From a virus, in IMG/VR virus record IMGVR_UViG_3300025669_000020, positions 1 through 64,000 of that record: a stretch of 64,000 bases of DNA; one strand, given 5' to 3'. The notes beneath the pieces were generated by a model. The model was not told the DNA's origin, searched no databases, and saw only the letters and a list, made by a program, of their open reading frames with translations. Of this stretch, positions 35,844 to 45,834 are shown one piece after another. Numbering within the stretch: the stretch's first letter is position 1; every line of letters starts with the position of its first letter. A program made the translations under genes and the position numbers.

Positions 35844-36500
35844 ATGCTAGTGCTAGGGTTGGACCCTTCCCTTACCAACTACGGTTGGGCAGTGCATGAC
35901 ACTTTGGCTGTGGGTCTGGATCGTTGCCCCTCACGGGGGCGGTTCCAGACTCCAGCCAAAATGTTGTTTATAGACCGCTACGTTTACATGCGGGAGCATC
36001 TCCGAGCCAAGGTTCGGGAAGTGAAGCCCGACAAGATAGGGATCGAGTTCCCCATCTTCAACGACATGTGGTCAGAGGGCATGTATGGGCTCTTCCTGTA
36101 CTCCTGTGAAGCCCTCCGCATCGAAAAGCAGGATGTGGTGTTCTGGTCCCCCATGCAGGCGAAAGCCCATGCCCGAGAGTCCCTGGATCGACCTCCCAAG
36201 TGGAAGATGGGCAAGATGGACATGGTGGATGCAGCCAAGGCAGACGCGGGTGGAAAGGGGCGCTGGAACCACAACGAAGCAGACGCCTACTTGGTAGGTC
36301 GCTTGGGAGCACGGTTCTGGTCTCTGCAGACGGGGGAAATCACTGAGGAGGACCTCTCCAAGGTGGAACAGAAATACTTTTTGGAAGTGAAGACGTGGAT
36401 ACGCGGCAAAAAAGCCGGCAAAACTCAACATCGTGGGGTCATGTACCGGGAAGATGAGCGTTTCTTCCTGTGGTCCCAGAAGGACACCAACAATGGCTAA
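35844..36500 (+). CDS. ruvC: RuvC-like Holliday junction resolvase
   Basis: VLGLDPSLTNYGWA, IGIEFP, K..MV, HNEADA. Confidence 0.8.
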   Translation: MLVLGLDPSLTNYGWAVHDTLAVGLDRCPSRGRFQTPAKMLFIDRYVYMREHLRAKVREVKPDKIGIEFPIFNDMWSEGMYGLFLYSCEALRIEKQDVVFWSPMQAKAHARESLDRPPKWKMGKMDMVDAAKADAGGKGRWNHNEADAYLVGRLGARFWSLQTGEITEEDLSKVEQKYFLEVKTWIRGKKAGKTQHRGVMYREDERFFLWSQKDTNNG

Positions 36501-37686
36501 GAAGAAGGCTGCGAAAACAGGTGTGTTGGCACTGGCACGGGCTGCCGCAACCAAGATGCTCAAGAACGACAACTGGCGTGTGTCCCTTGACCCCGACCAG
36601 CTCAAGGAGCCCCTCGAACATCTCCCCACGGGTTCCCTGGTCATCGACTACCTCATCGGTGGAGAGCCCAACGCCTTTGGTATCTCCCCATGCCCTGGCC
36701 TCCCCCGCCGGCGTATCACACAGCTTTGGGGTCATGAGTCCAGTGGTAAGACCACCCTGGCTCTGACGGCTGCTGCAACTACCTGTGCTGCTGGTGGTAC
36801 CGTCCTCTATGTGGACTGGGAGAACGACATCGTTCCCGACTACGCCGCCGCTCTCGGTGTCCCCATCGCCAATCCCGAGAAGTTCGAGCTGGTGCAGCCC
36901 GAATCCCTGGAAGAGGGGATCAAGCTCATCCGTGCCTACGTCGTGGCAGGCGTAGACCTGGTGATCATCGACTCTGTGGGCGCAGCCGCTCCCCAGGTCA
37001 TGGTTGACCGCAAGATGGAAGAGACCGGCAACGTCATCCGTGTTGGCCTCGTGGCCAAAACATGGTCGGAGTTCCTCCCCCTCTTGAAGTCCGACATCAA
37101 CAAGACCGGCACCGCTGTCCTGGGCATCTCCCAGACCCGCGCCAACATCAACACCTCAGGGTACGGCGGCGGTCCTACCACATCTCCCCAGGGCGGCAAT
37201 GCCTGGAAGTTCTACTCTTCTCTCCGCATCGAGCTTCGCCGGATCAAGAACGAGAAGGGCAAGCGGCACAATGCCCTGACCCACAAGAGCGAGGACCGCA
37301 TCTACGGTGGTGTGATTCGCGCCAAGATGGTCAAGTGCAAGCTGTCCAAGAGCCAGGGCCGCGAAGAGCTGTTCTACATCCGTTGGGGTGAGGGCATCGA
37401 TGACATCCGCTCCATCATGGAGATTGCCATCGGGCACGGGGTCGTCAAGAAGGGCGGAGCATGGCTGACTTGGGAGCCGCCCGAGGGAGAGACGGTCAAG
37501 GTGCAGGGCACCGAGAGGCTGCGGGCCCACCTCCTCAAGAACCCCGATCAGTTCCAGGGTCTGTATGGACAGGTTCGCCCGTACCTGACAGGTACCCAGT
37601 ACGATGTTGACGGTGACGATTCCGAGGCAGTGGACCCCATGTCCACGGCTATCGATGACATCATCGAGGAAGTGGACTTCACATAG
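36493..37686 (+). CDS. recA: RecA/UvsX recombinase
   Basis: PTGSLVIDYLIG, GHESSGKTTLAL, IIDSVGA, ISQTR, GGNAWKFYSSLRIEL, KKGGAW. Confidence 0.93.
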   Translation: MAKKKAAKTGVLALARAAATKMLKNDNWRVSLDPDQLKEPLEHLPTGSLVIDYLIGGEPNAFGISPCPGLPRRRITQLWGHESSGKTTLALTAAATTCAAGGTVLYVDWENDIVPDYAAALGVPIANPEKFELVQPESLEEGIKLIRAYVVAGVDLVIIDSVGAAAPQVMVDRKMEETGNVIRVGLVAKTWSEFLPLLKSDINKTGTAVLGISQTRANINTSGYGGGPTTSPQGGNAWKFYSSLRIELRRIKNEKGKRHNALTHKSEDRIYGGVIRAKMVKCKLSKSQGREELFYIRWGEGIDDIRSIMEIAIGHGVVKKGGAWLTWEPPEGETVKVQGTERLRAHLLKNPDQFQGLYGQVRPYLTGTQYDVDGDDSEAVDPMSTAIDDIIEEVDFT

Positions 37687-37701
37687 GGGTAGGGTAGCCC
37701 C

Positions 37702-38925
37702 ATGGCTGTTCAAGTACGAGTTCAGAATTTCCAGTCCATCAAAGACTCGACCGTTGATATCGACGGGTTCACGGTAGTTGCTGGGCAGAACAATGCAGGC
37801 AAGACTGCCCTGATCCGCGCTGTCTCGGGGGTGTTCTCCAACACTCCCGGACACTACTATGTGCGGGATGGGGAGGATTTCTGCAGTGTGGAAATCATCT
37901 TGGATGAGAACACCTCCGTCAAGTGGGAGAAGGGGCCCAAGATTCGGCCCCGGTATTCTGTCAACGGTGGTCCCCTCATCTACCCTGGAAAGGAAGTCCC
38001 CCAGGAAGTGCTCGACCTGGGCATCATGCCCATCACAGCCGTCAACCAGACCCTCTGGCCCCAGATTGCTCAGCAGTTTGTGGGCCAGGTGTTCCTGTTG
38101 GATCAGCCTGGCTCTGTCGTGGCTGAGACCGTCGCGGATGTGGAGAGGGTGGGGAAGCTCTCCAAGGCTCTGAAGCTGGCAGAATCGGATCGCCGTTCCT
38201 TGTCCAGTGACCTGAAGGTGCGCCGACGTGATTTCCGCGATCTCCAACTGGAGCTGGAGGGCTATGCAGGGGTGGACGCCATCACGGATGAGGTGGATTC
38301 CATCGAGACACAATGGAGGGAGGCCAAGCAGGTAGGGGGCAGCATCCTGAAGGTGAGGGAACTGAGGGATGGGTTGCAGCAGGCACAGGGGTTGATCGAT
38401 GCCTTGGCAGGGGTGGAGGATGTGACCGTTCCAGGTCCCCAGGCAGCCCAGGAGGCTTCAGAAACCCGTACCAGTGTGAGCACCCTCCGTGATGTGAAGG
38501 GCCGTTACGATGCCGCCCAGGCTCTCTGCGGGAGTCTCGCGGGAGCCTCGGAACTCACCATTCCAGAGAAGCAGGATGCCTCCAAGCTGCAAGAGGACAT
38601 CCGTTCCTACACCCGCCTCAGTGGCAGGCTGCAAGCGGCCCAGCAGGCACAGGACTCCTTGCAGGGTCTCCCTGCTGTCCTGGGGGAAATCTCCGTTGAG
38701 GGGATGGTGGATGAAACCGCAAAGTGTCCCAAGATCCAAGCTGCTCTCACCACCCTCAAGGGGATCCAAGAGCGTTATGCCCGTGCCCTCACTGAGATGC
38801 AGGAGTCCGAGCGGCTGTTGCGGGAGTCCCAGGAATCCCAGGTAGGCGCTGAGGAAGAGGTGCGGGTTATCCTTGGGGACAGGGGCGAGTGCCCTGTGTG
38901 TAGGACAGTGGTGGAGAAGACATGA
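37702..38925 (+). CDS. SbcC/Rad50-like ATPase, N-terminal half ending in zinc hook
   Basis: VQNFQSI, Walker A GQNNAGKT, Q-loop, coiled coil, terminal CPVC; no Walker B. Confidence 0.8.
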   Translation: MAVQVRVQNFQSIKDSTVDIDGFTVVAGQNNAGKTALIRAVSGVFSNTPGHYYVRDGEDFCSVEIILDENTSVKWEKGPKIRPRYSVNGGPLIYPGKEVPQEVLDLGIMPITAVNQTLWPQIAQQFVGQVFLLDQPGSVVAETVADVERVGKLSKALKLAESDRRSLSSDLKVRRRDFRDLQLELEGYAGVDAITDEVDSIETQWREAKQVGGSILKVRELRDGLQQAQGLIDALAGVEDVTVPGPQAAQEASETRTSVSTLRDVKGRYDAAQALCGSLAGASELTIPEKQDASKLQEDIRSYTRLSGRLQAAQQAQDSLQGLPAVLGEISVEGMVDETAKCPKIQAALTTLKGIQERYARALTEMQESERLLRESQESQVGAEEEVRVILGDRGECPVCRTVVEKT

Positions 38926-39896
38926 TCAAGCTGGTTTGGCGTAGCGATGTGCATCTCTCTGACAGGGCCCCTGCCTCCCGCAAGGATGACTGGACAGAGA
39001 CCGTCTTCAACAAGCTCATGCAGACCCGCATCGTGGCGGAGAAGCTTGGAGCACACGGTGTGCTGGACGGCGGGGACTTCTTCCATGTGAAGAGCCCCAG
39101 CCGAAACTCCCATGCCCTGCTACGGCGTGTGGCTGAGCTGCACAAGACATTCCCCTGCCCCATCTACTGCACACCGGGCAATCACGACAGCGTATATGGG
39201 GACTACAACTACCTGCACCAGCAGCCGTTGGGCGTCCTCTACGCCTCGGGGGTGTTCCGCCCTCTGTATGACCAGCACGAGGCAGTGTTCGTGGATCCCG
39301 AGTCCGGGGTGAAGGTGCGTGTCATTGGTGTGCCCTACCACGGCACCCAGTACGACATGAGCCGCTTCTTCAACATCACCAGGGGGGATGAGGACTACCT
39401 CGTCGTGGTGGCCCATGTCCTGGCCAGCCTCAAGGGTGGCACGATGTTCGAGGGTGAGGACATCGTGTCCTACAACGATCTGATGGGTGTGCCTGCGGAC
39501 GCCTTCCTGTTCGGGCACTGGCACAAGGATCAGGGTGCGGTGGAGATAGGCGGCAAGTGGTTCGTGAATATTGGGAGTCTGACCCGAGGCTCCATCGCCC
39601 AGGATGATCTGATTCGGCAGCCCGCGTGTGCAGTGCTCTCCTTTGTGAAGGAGAAGATGTCTATCCAGGTAGTACGCCTTCGGGTGCAGCCCTCGTCGGA
39701 AGTGTTTGACGTTGAGGGACGTGCCAAAGCCAAGGATCGGGCCACGAAGATGGATTCCTTTGTGGAGAACATCCGTGGGACATTGGCCAAGGTGGCAGGC
39801 AGAGACCTGAAGGATGCCGTAGAGGGCATGGAGGGCATCCCGGAGGCAGTGAGGGAGAGATCCATGTTGTACCTGGAGAGAGCCGATGCCGAATGA
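38922..39896 (+). CDS. SbcD/Mre11-like nuclease
   Basis: SDVH, GGDFFH, PGNHD, AH, GHWH, NIGSLTR. Confidence 0.88.
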   Translation: MIKLVWRSDVHLSDRAPASRKDDWTETVFNKLMQTRIVAEKLGAHGVLDGGDFFHVKSPSRNSHALLRRVAELHKTFPCPIYCTPGNHDSVYGDYNYLHQQPLGVLYASGVFRPLYDQHEAVFVDPESGVKVRVIGVPYHGTQYDMSRFFNITRGDEDYLVVVAHVLASLKGGTMFEGEDIVSYNDLMGVPADAFLFGHWHKDQGAVEIGGKWFVNIGSLTRGSIAQDDLIRQPACAVLSFVKEKMSIQVVRLRVQPSSEVFDVEGRAKAKDRATKMDSFVENIRGTLAKVAGRDLKDAVEGMEGIPEAVRERSMLYLERADAE

Positions 39897-39993
39897 GCCC
39901 TTTTGTCATTGGGAAGCCCCGGTTCCTCTACGCCACCATGGTGCCCGCCCCCAAGTGTGACCTCGTGAACCCCGATCTGTTCAAGGACTGAGA

Positions 39994-40935
39994 ATGTCTG
40001 TCGCGGAGCTGTACCAGAGAAGCTACCAGGAGACCCTCTCCATCGTGGAGACGGGGGGTGGTGTGGATCTGGTATTCACGTCTCCGCCTTATTGCGATGC
40101 CCGCACCTATGGTGAGGACATCTCCTGGGAATTCAAGGACTACCAGGATCTGGGGGATTGTATCTTCCGGGCTCTGAAACCAGGTGGGCATTGCCTGTTC
40201 AACGTGGATGCTCCTGTGAGAGCATGGCGTTCAGGGATGGGGACTGAACGAGGGTTGATGCCCTGGCGCATCTTGCTGGACTGGGCAGATAGGGTGGGGT
40301 TCCGCGTTGTGGATCGGTTGGCTTTCGCACGCATGGGACTCCCCGGTGCCTACACAGGGAGGTTTCGTAATGACTGGGAGCCTCTATTCTGGTTCCAGCG
40401 CCCTGGTGAGGGGTACTTCGACAAAATCCCATTAGCTGGAGAGGCTGGTGCGAGGAATCCTGGTATTACATCCAGTAGGCGGAGTGATGGCACCCTTGCT
40501 CTGAGGATTGCCTCAGGGTGGGCTGTGGAGGAGAACAAGAAGCATCGGGGGACGTTGTGGGACTACGGGGCTGTAGGGAAGGGGCAAAGTGGTGCTCCTG
40601 ACATCGAGAATCTCAACCACCCCGCACGGTTCCCTCTCCGCTTGGCTATGGATGTAGTAGCGTGCTTCAGTCCTCCTGGTGGTACCGTCTGTGACCCCTT
40701 CCTTGGCGGTGGCACTACAATGGTGGCTGCTCTGTGCCAGGAGAGGAACTTCACAGGTGGGGATCTGTATGGGAACGATGAGGGGAAGTCTTGGGTCGAG
40801 TGTGCGGCCGAGGTGGGGGTGGAGAGATTTGGCAGCGGCAACCTTGCCCTGTTCGGGATGGAGGACCAGCATAGGTTGCGGGTACATTTCCCTGACAGGG
40901 AGGTTTGCTATCTAGGGGATTCCGAAGATGGGTAG
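39994..40935 (+). CDS. DNA amino-methyltransferase, beta class (probably m4C)
   Basis: Motif IV TSPPY precedes HPARFP and motif I DPFLGGGTT. Confidence 0.85.
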   Translation: MSVAELYQRSYQETLSIVETGGGVDLVFTSPPYCDARTYGEDISWEFKDYQDLGDCIFRALKPGGHCLFNVDAPVRAWRSGMGTERGLMPWRILLDWADRVGFRVVDRLAFARMGLPGAYTGRFRNDWEPLFWFQRPGEGYFDKIPLAGEAGARNPGITSSRRSDGTLALRIASGWAVEENKKHRGTLWDYGAVGKGQSGAPDIENLNHPARFPLRLAMDVVACFSPPGGTVCDPFLGGGTTMVAALCQERNFTGGDLYGNDEGKSWVECAAEVGVERFGSGNLALFGMEDQHRLRVHFPDREVCYLGDSEDG

Positions 40936-40968
40936 AGTGTGCCACCCATCTCTGTGCTAGAGGACGAC

Positions 40969-41883
40969 ATGGCTAATTTCACCTTGTACTGGACGAATCT
41001 CGGTCGCTATGAAAACTGCCCGCAGCAGTTCTTGTGGTACAAGGGTTGGGGCACGATTGATCTTGGAAGGGGGCCTGGTCGCGGCAAGCCAAAGCCCGTG
41101 AAAAGCTCCTGGCACCATGCTCTCATGGGTGTGGTCATTCAGGCAGCCATCGAGGACATGTACAACGATGAGCTGTGGAGGCATCCCGCATCCTTGCAGC
41201 GTGAGTTGCTGGAGCGGGTGGAGCGTGAGTTCAAGCGTCAGCTGGCAAAGCCCCGCAACTACGTTGATTGGCGGTTGTCTCCCAGCAGGGAAGAGCTGCT
41301 CAAGGTCTGCCGAGAGGGTGTCATCGGGTATCTCCGCACCATGAAGCACAACAAGCTTCTGGGTCCCTATGCCAAGGCTGAAGAGGACTTGGTTGGGTAT
41401 GTGGACAAGTTCACGCCCATTGGCGGCAGGGTCGACATGGTCATCCAGCGTGAGGACACGGGCATCACCCTCCTGGATGGGAAGAACAGCACCCACAAGG
41501 GGAAGTACACGGATCCCGACCAGCTCCGTTGGTATGCCCTGTGTTTCCAGCTCGCTTACAGCCGTGTGCCCGACCGTCTGGGATTCGTCTACTACCGCTA
41601 CCCTCACGGGAAGCCCATCGAGGGTACGGATGAGGTGGAGAGTGGTGTGGAGTGGGTGGACTGCACCCGTGAGGACATCCAGGGTCTTGCCCAGCGTGCG
41701 GTAAAGGTTCGGAAGGGTCTCTACAGGCAAAAATTCGAGCCGACCCCTACCCCGAGCGGATGCCGGTTCTGCGATTACGAGACCGTGTGCGAAGCTCGCA
41801 TTGCCCAGAAGGCTGCCAATTCCAAGGGACGCCGGAAAAAGTCTGTGGAACTTCCCGCAGATGGTCTGTTGGAGATTTTCTAG
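40969..41883 (+). CDS. PD-(D/E)xK exonuclease (AddB/Cas4-like, Fe-S staple)
   Basis: N-terminal CP, GRVD, LDGK, QLRWY, CRFCDYETVC. Confidence 0.85.
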   Translation: MANFTLYWTNLGRYENCPQQFLWYKGWGTIDLGRGPGRGKPKPVKSSWHHALMGVVIQAAIEDMYNDELWRHPASLQRELLERVEREFKRQLAKPRNYVDWRLSPSREELLKVCREGVIGYLRTMKHNKLLGPYAKAEEDLVGYVDKFTPIGGRVDMVIQREDTGITLLDGKNSTHKGKYTDPDQLRWYALCFQLAYSRVPDRLGFVYYRYPHGKPIEGTDEVESGVEWVDCTREDIQGLAQRAVKVRKGLYRQKFEPTPTPSGCRFCDYETVCEARIAQKAANSKGRRKKSVELPADGLLEIF

Positions 41884-41936
41884 GGGGGTTCCGAACTACG
41901 GGAACCGGGTAGAAAGGAAAACGGAAAGGAGTCCTC

Positions 41937-42206
41937 ATGTCAGATCTTGATGCACGGTTGACGCAGGCGGTTAGCCGTCGTGACCAGGTAGCCAAAGATG
42001 TCCAGCGGCTTCAGGGCAAGCAGGAAGCTGCCAAGGCCAACTTGACAGCCGTTGAGGATGAGTGCCGTAGCAAGGGTGTAGAGCCCGAAAACATCGCTGT
42101 GACCATCACGACTCTGGAAGACAGATACCGTGAGAAGGTCGAAAACCTGGAGCGGGACGTGGCGGCTGCTGAAGCCGCCCTGGCCCCATTCACCAAGGAG
42201 TCATAA
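41937..42206 (+). CDS. small coiled-coil protein
   Basis: AAAGGAG RBS; helix-turn-helix coiled-coil heptads. Confidence 0.7.
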   Translation: MSDLDARLTQAVSRRDQVAKDVQRLQGKQEAAKANLTAVEDECRSKGVEPENIAVTITTLEDRYREKVENLERDVAAAEAALAPFTKES

Positions 42207-42210
42207 CCCC

Positions 42211-43338
42211 ATGCAGATCACCGTTGACAGAGAGATCCTGCAGAGTGCCATCGATAGCGTCAATGCCGCCGTCGAGGATTCTGCGGAAGACATCCACTCC
42301 CATTTCCTGTTCAGGGTTCGGGAGGGTAAGGGTGACATCCTTGCCAGTAACGGAACCCGTGTCTTTGCGGGTGTTCTCGTAAATGACGGTTTCGAGTGCG
42401 ACACCGACAGTGGGATGTTCAGCGTCAAGGCATGGCGTATCCGCCAGCTTCTGAAGTCCATGAAGAGCGAGAAGGTCACCTTCAAGGTGGATGGGTTCAA
42501 CATCACGGTGCCTGACAGCAGGGGCGAGGTCACCTACTCTTCCCTGGATCCCTCCAGCTTCCCCTTCTGGGATCAGCAGTTCGAGGATGCCAAGCTGGTC
42601 GCCAAGATCACCGCGTCTCGGCTCCATGCTGCTTTCGGGTACACCAAGAACTTCATCTCTGACCGTGAGAACCAGACCCCTGCTCTGGCTGCCATGGAGG
42701 CCCGTGAGGGTGCTCTGTGGGCTACGGATCAGGTTGCTGTGTCCATGGTCTCTGTCAAGGGCATGGAGGAATCGGGCCTGTCCATCCATCGGAACGATGT
42801 GGGCAAGGTCATGAATTTCCTCCAGGCCAATGCCTCCGATGAGGTAGAGGTGCGTGAGCATGACCGCTGCACCCTTTTCGTGCGGGCTGATGGTGGTGTC
42901 CTGGGTGTGACTCGGTGGCAGTATGCGTTCCCAGCTCTGAAGCTCCAGAAGGACGGCCCCGTGAAGTGCTCCTTCACCGTGGATGCCGAAGAATTGAAGC
43001 GCCAGATCAACTTCCTGACATCTGCTGCCAAGAAGAACGATCCCCGCATCACTTTCAAGTACAAGCAGGGCGAGGACGCCCTCATCCTGGAAGTGGCCTC
43101 AGCCTTTGCGGGCAAGGTTGGTCGTACCACCCTGGACATCACTGCCCAGGACGGGATGGGAGAATTCCCAGAGGCGGGCTTCATCCTGAACCATGGCTAC
43201 ATCTCCAAGATCATGACCCACTTCGGGGAAGAGTCCCTGAACATGGGCATCAACTGGACAAACAAGAATGGTTGGGTGGTCTTCCGCCACAAGCAGGAAG
43301 AGGATGACTACCTCACGGTCGTGGTGTGGCTGAAGTAG
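42211..43338 (+). CDS. dnaN: DNA sliding clamp beta subunit
   Basis: 375 aa; MQITVDREIL, ASNG, LDPSSFP, WATD, YAFP, LNHGYI: three-domain clamp pattern. Confidence 0.75.
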   Translation: MQITVDREILQSAIDSVNAAVEDSAEDIHSHFLFRVREGKGDILASNGTRVFAGVLVNDGFECDTDSGMFSVKAWRIRQLLKSMKSEKVTFKVDGFNITVPDSRGEVTYSSLDPSSFPFWDQQFEDAKLVAKITASRLHAAFGYTKNFISDRENQTPALAAMEAREGALWATDQVAVSMVSVKGMEESGLSIHRNDVGKVMNFLQANASDEVEVREHDRCTLFVRADGGVLGVTRWQYAFPALKLQKDGPVKCSFTVDAEELKRQINFLTSAAKKNDPRITFKYKQGEDALILEVASAFAGKVGRTTLDITAQDGMGEFPEAGFILNHGYISKIMTHFGEESLNMGINWTNKNGWVVFRHKQEEDDYLTVVVWLK

Positions 43339-43964
43339 CCGCCAGAATCCCGGCTCTCCGGTCACGGCTGGATCGCGTTCTCGGTGTTCGGGATGGGGTA
43401 GCAACCCGTCTGCAGAGCACCGAGACTGAGATCGCACGTCTGGAAAAGGAAGAGCAGCTGCTGGACATGGTATCCAACCTGTTCCGCACCCTCATTGACA
43501 CTGAAGTCACCGAGGGGGTCAAGGCTGTAGAGCAGCTCCTGACGGAAGGGCTTCAAGCTGTTTTCGATGACCAAGACCTCAGTGTGCGTTCCGAGGTCAG
43601 CATCAAGAAGGGCAAGGTCAGTGTGGATTTCATCACTGTGCAGCGGCATCCTGATGGGTCTGTCACAGAAGGGCTCAGCAGGGAGGCTTTCGGCGGTGCT
43701 GTGACCACGGTGCAATCCGTGCTCCTTCGGATCCTGGTGGTTCTCCGCCGTGGTATGCGTCCTTTGCTGCTACTGGATGAGAGCCTTCCCGCTTTCGACC
43801 CCAACTATGTTCACAACATGGGTAGATTCATACAGCTTCTCTGCAAGCGGCTTCAGGTAGATCTTCTCTTGGTCACCCATAATCCCGCTCTAGTGGAAGC
43901 CTCCAACGTCGGGTATGAGATACAGAAGCGGGGCGGTGCTGCTCAGTTTCGCAAGACCCGATAG
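43326..43964 (+). CDS. SbcC/Rad50-like ATPase, C-terminal half
   Basis: Signature AFGGA, Walker B/D-loop LLLLDESLPAFD, H-loop LVTH. Confidence 0.8.
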   Translation: MAEVAARIPALRSRLDRVLGVRDGVATRLQSTETEIARLEKEEQLLDMVSNLFRTLIDTEVTEGVKAVEQLLTEGLQAVFDDQDLSVRSEVSIKKGKVSVDFITVQRHPDGSVTEGLSREAFGGAVTTVQSVLLRILVVLRRGMRPLLLLDESLPAFDPNYVHNMGRFIQLLCKRLQVDLLLVTHNPALVEASNVGYEIQKRGGAAQFRKTR

Positions 43965-43973
43965 AGGTGCTGT

Positions 43974-44534
43974 ATGAAGAACTCTGGTGAGATCAGGCAG
44001 AAGGTCAAGCAAGTCCGCTACCGCTATCTGAAGAAGGCGTTGGATCGGAAGCTCCGCACATCCCCCGATACATGCCGCTTCAATGGGCAGCATGAGGACT
44101 GCGGGTATCAGTGTTGCCAGCACCGGATGGCAGATGAGGGGTGGAATGGCATCGTCTGTGATGAGAAGTTGGATGGTAGGGAGCGCTCTTTGCTGTGCCT
44201 CCACTTTGAGTTGAAGCACAGCAAAGAAGCCATCAAGGAGGCTTTGGACAGTTTCCTCAAGACAGCTCCTATTCAGGAGATCGCTTTCCATTTCCCCGAC
44301 CTTGCGGCCCTTCTCTGGGTGCTGGATGGGGAGAGTGGTTTGCGGAATACTGAGGTAGAGCTGGACTTCCAGGACTCCGAGCCCAATCCCAAGCCCGACA
44401 TGGAACCTGAAAACGAGCAAACCCCCGCACTTCTCCCCGTAGATGACACCTCTATCCTGCATGTGCAGGATGTGGTGGAGCCCGTGTCAGGGTGGAAGGG
44501 GTGGTTCCGCCAAATCTTTGGAGGTGGCTCATGA
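43974..44534 (+). CDS. Cys-rich hypothetical protein
   Basis: GAGG RBS; CRFN..H..C...CC...VC...C.HF. Confidence 0.65.
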   Translation: MKNSGEIRQKVKQVRYRYLKKALDRKLRTSPDTCRFNGQHEDCGYQCCQHRMADEGWNGIVCDEKLDGRERSLLCLHFELKHSKEAIKEALDSFLKTAPIQEIAFHFPDLAALLWVLDGESGLRNTEVELDFQDSEPNPKPDMEPENEQTPALLPVDDTSILHVQDVVEPVSGWKGWFRQIFGGGS

Positions 44535-45094
44535 AGGGTCCATCCGGTCTGCTGTCTGTGGCCAATTTCGACCAAGAGAACTTGAAAGAGCACACGCTTC
44601 TCCTGATGGAATTCCAGGTGAACCCGGAGACAGCTCCCTACCTTGTGTCCTCATCCGCATCCGTGATGTGGCTTCGCAGGGCTCATGGGGGTCGTGTGCG
44701 TGCCGCTGTCCGTGAGGTGTCTGTCTCTGATTACTACCGGGAGGTAGTGACAGAGGTGTACACCATGGGCACAGAGGCAGAGTGGGGCAACACTGCACCG
44801 CTGACCTTGGAAGGGGTGGAGACCTGTGTACAGCACTTGCACTCCTATGACCTGGCGAAGGTCACTGTGCTCTCCCACGAGGATGTCCCGTGGGAGTCCT
44901 GGGGAGTGCCTGTGGATGAGCCCTGGAACGGGGCCGAGATCGTGCTGACCTCTTGGATGCCACCTGGGATGGTGGTAGTCGTGCCAGAGGATCGCGGTTT
45001 TGTGGGGACCATCTGGAAGGTTGGGACACACAAGATCCTCTCTGTCATCCACAACGCCAGTCGTGGCATGGCCGTGGCTTGGGATGGGAAATGA
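44531..45094 (+). CDS. hypothetical protein
   Basis: ATGA overlaps at both ends. Confidence 0.65.
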   Translation: MKGPSGLLSVANFDQENLKEHTLLLMEFQVNPETAPYLVSSSASVMWLRRAHGGRVRAAVREVSVSDYYREVVTEVYTMGTEAEWGNTAPLTLEGVETCVQHLHSYDLAKVTVLSHEDVPWESWGVPVDEPWNGAEIVLTSWMPPGMVVVVPEDRGFVGTIWKVGTHKILSVIHNASRGMAVAWDGK

Positions 45095-45819
45095 AAAAGT
45101 GGCTCCAGGAGAGAACCCGAGAGGCATTGGAACTCTCGGATGCCCTGGAGGGTCATCTCATGGGTCGGGGGATCAAGTACAAGACCATCAAGGACTTGTT
45201 CTTGGGAGAGTGGGGCAGGGACAGGGATGACGCTGAGACGGCACCTGACCCCGTGTTCCGTGAGCGGTACGGGCGGAAGGGTAAACCTCTTGCGGGCTCT
45301 CTGGTGTGCCCTCTGTTCAGCCCCAGGGGTTACCTGATAGGGGCGGAATTCCGTGCATGGCAGGGGCCAAAGGCTCTTTCCCGCTACCTCCTTCCTGAAG
45401 CGGCTTGGAACCCTATCCTGGTGGGGTTCCCGAAGGCGATGTCCAAGATATGGGATGGTGGGGATGTGTGGGTTGGAGAGGGCATCTTCGACATGTGTGC
45501 CTTGGAGCATGTCGTACCCCCACAGGATGCCCTGGTGGCTACGGTCAGAGCCAAGCTGACCAACAAGCACGTCGAGTTTCTGCGTCGGCATGTACGGGGG
45601 ACGGTGTATATGGTCTATGATCGGGACGAAACAGGCAGGAGGGCGACAAAGGGGTGGGTAGATGACACGGGGAAGCGTCGTTGGGGGGCTCTGGATGTGC
45701 TGAACCGGGTAGGGGTCTCATGTAGGGATGTCCCCTACATCGGTGGAAAGGATCCCGGTGAAATCTGGGAGCGCTCTGGCACAGAGGGTCTCAGAGATGC
45801 TTTCGGCGGGATTTTCTAA
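45091..45819 (+). CDS. DnaG-like primase catalytic (TOPRIM) core without zinc-binding domain
   Basis: LVCPL..PRG.LIG..FR, VGEGIFD, YDRDETG, KDPGE. Confidence 0.8.
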   Translation: MKKWLQERTREALELSDALEGHLMGRGIKYKTIKDLFLGEWGRDRDDAETAPDPVFRERYGRKGKPLAGSLVCPLFSPRGYLIGAEFRAWQGPKALSRYLLPEAAWNPILVGFPKAMSKIWDGGDVWVGEGIFDMCALEHVVPPQDALVATVRAKLTNKHVEFLRRHVRGTVYMVYDRDETGRRATKGWVDDTGKRRWGALDVLNRVGVSCRDVPYIGGKDPGEIWERSGTEGLRDAFGGIF

Positions 45820-45834
45820 TTACGGGAGTCTGTT

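Noticed and set aside
40969-41883. Cas4 as evidence of a CRISPR-Cas system
   Set aside because: Stand-alone Cas4/AddB-like nucleases are common in phage recombination modules; no cas1/cas2 or array is present.
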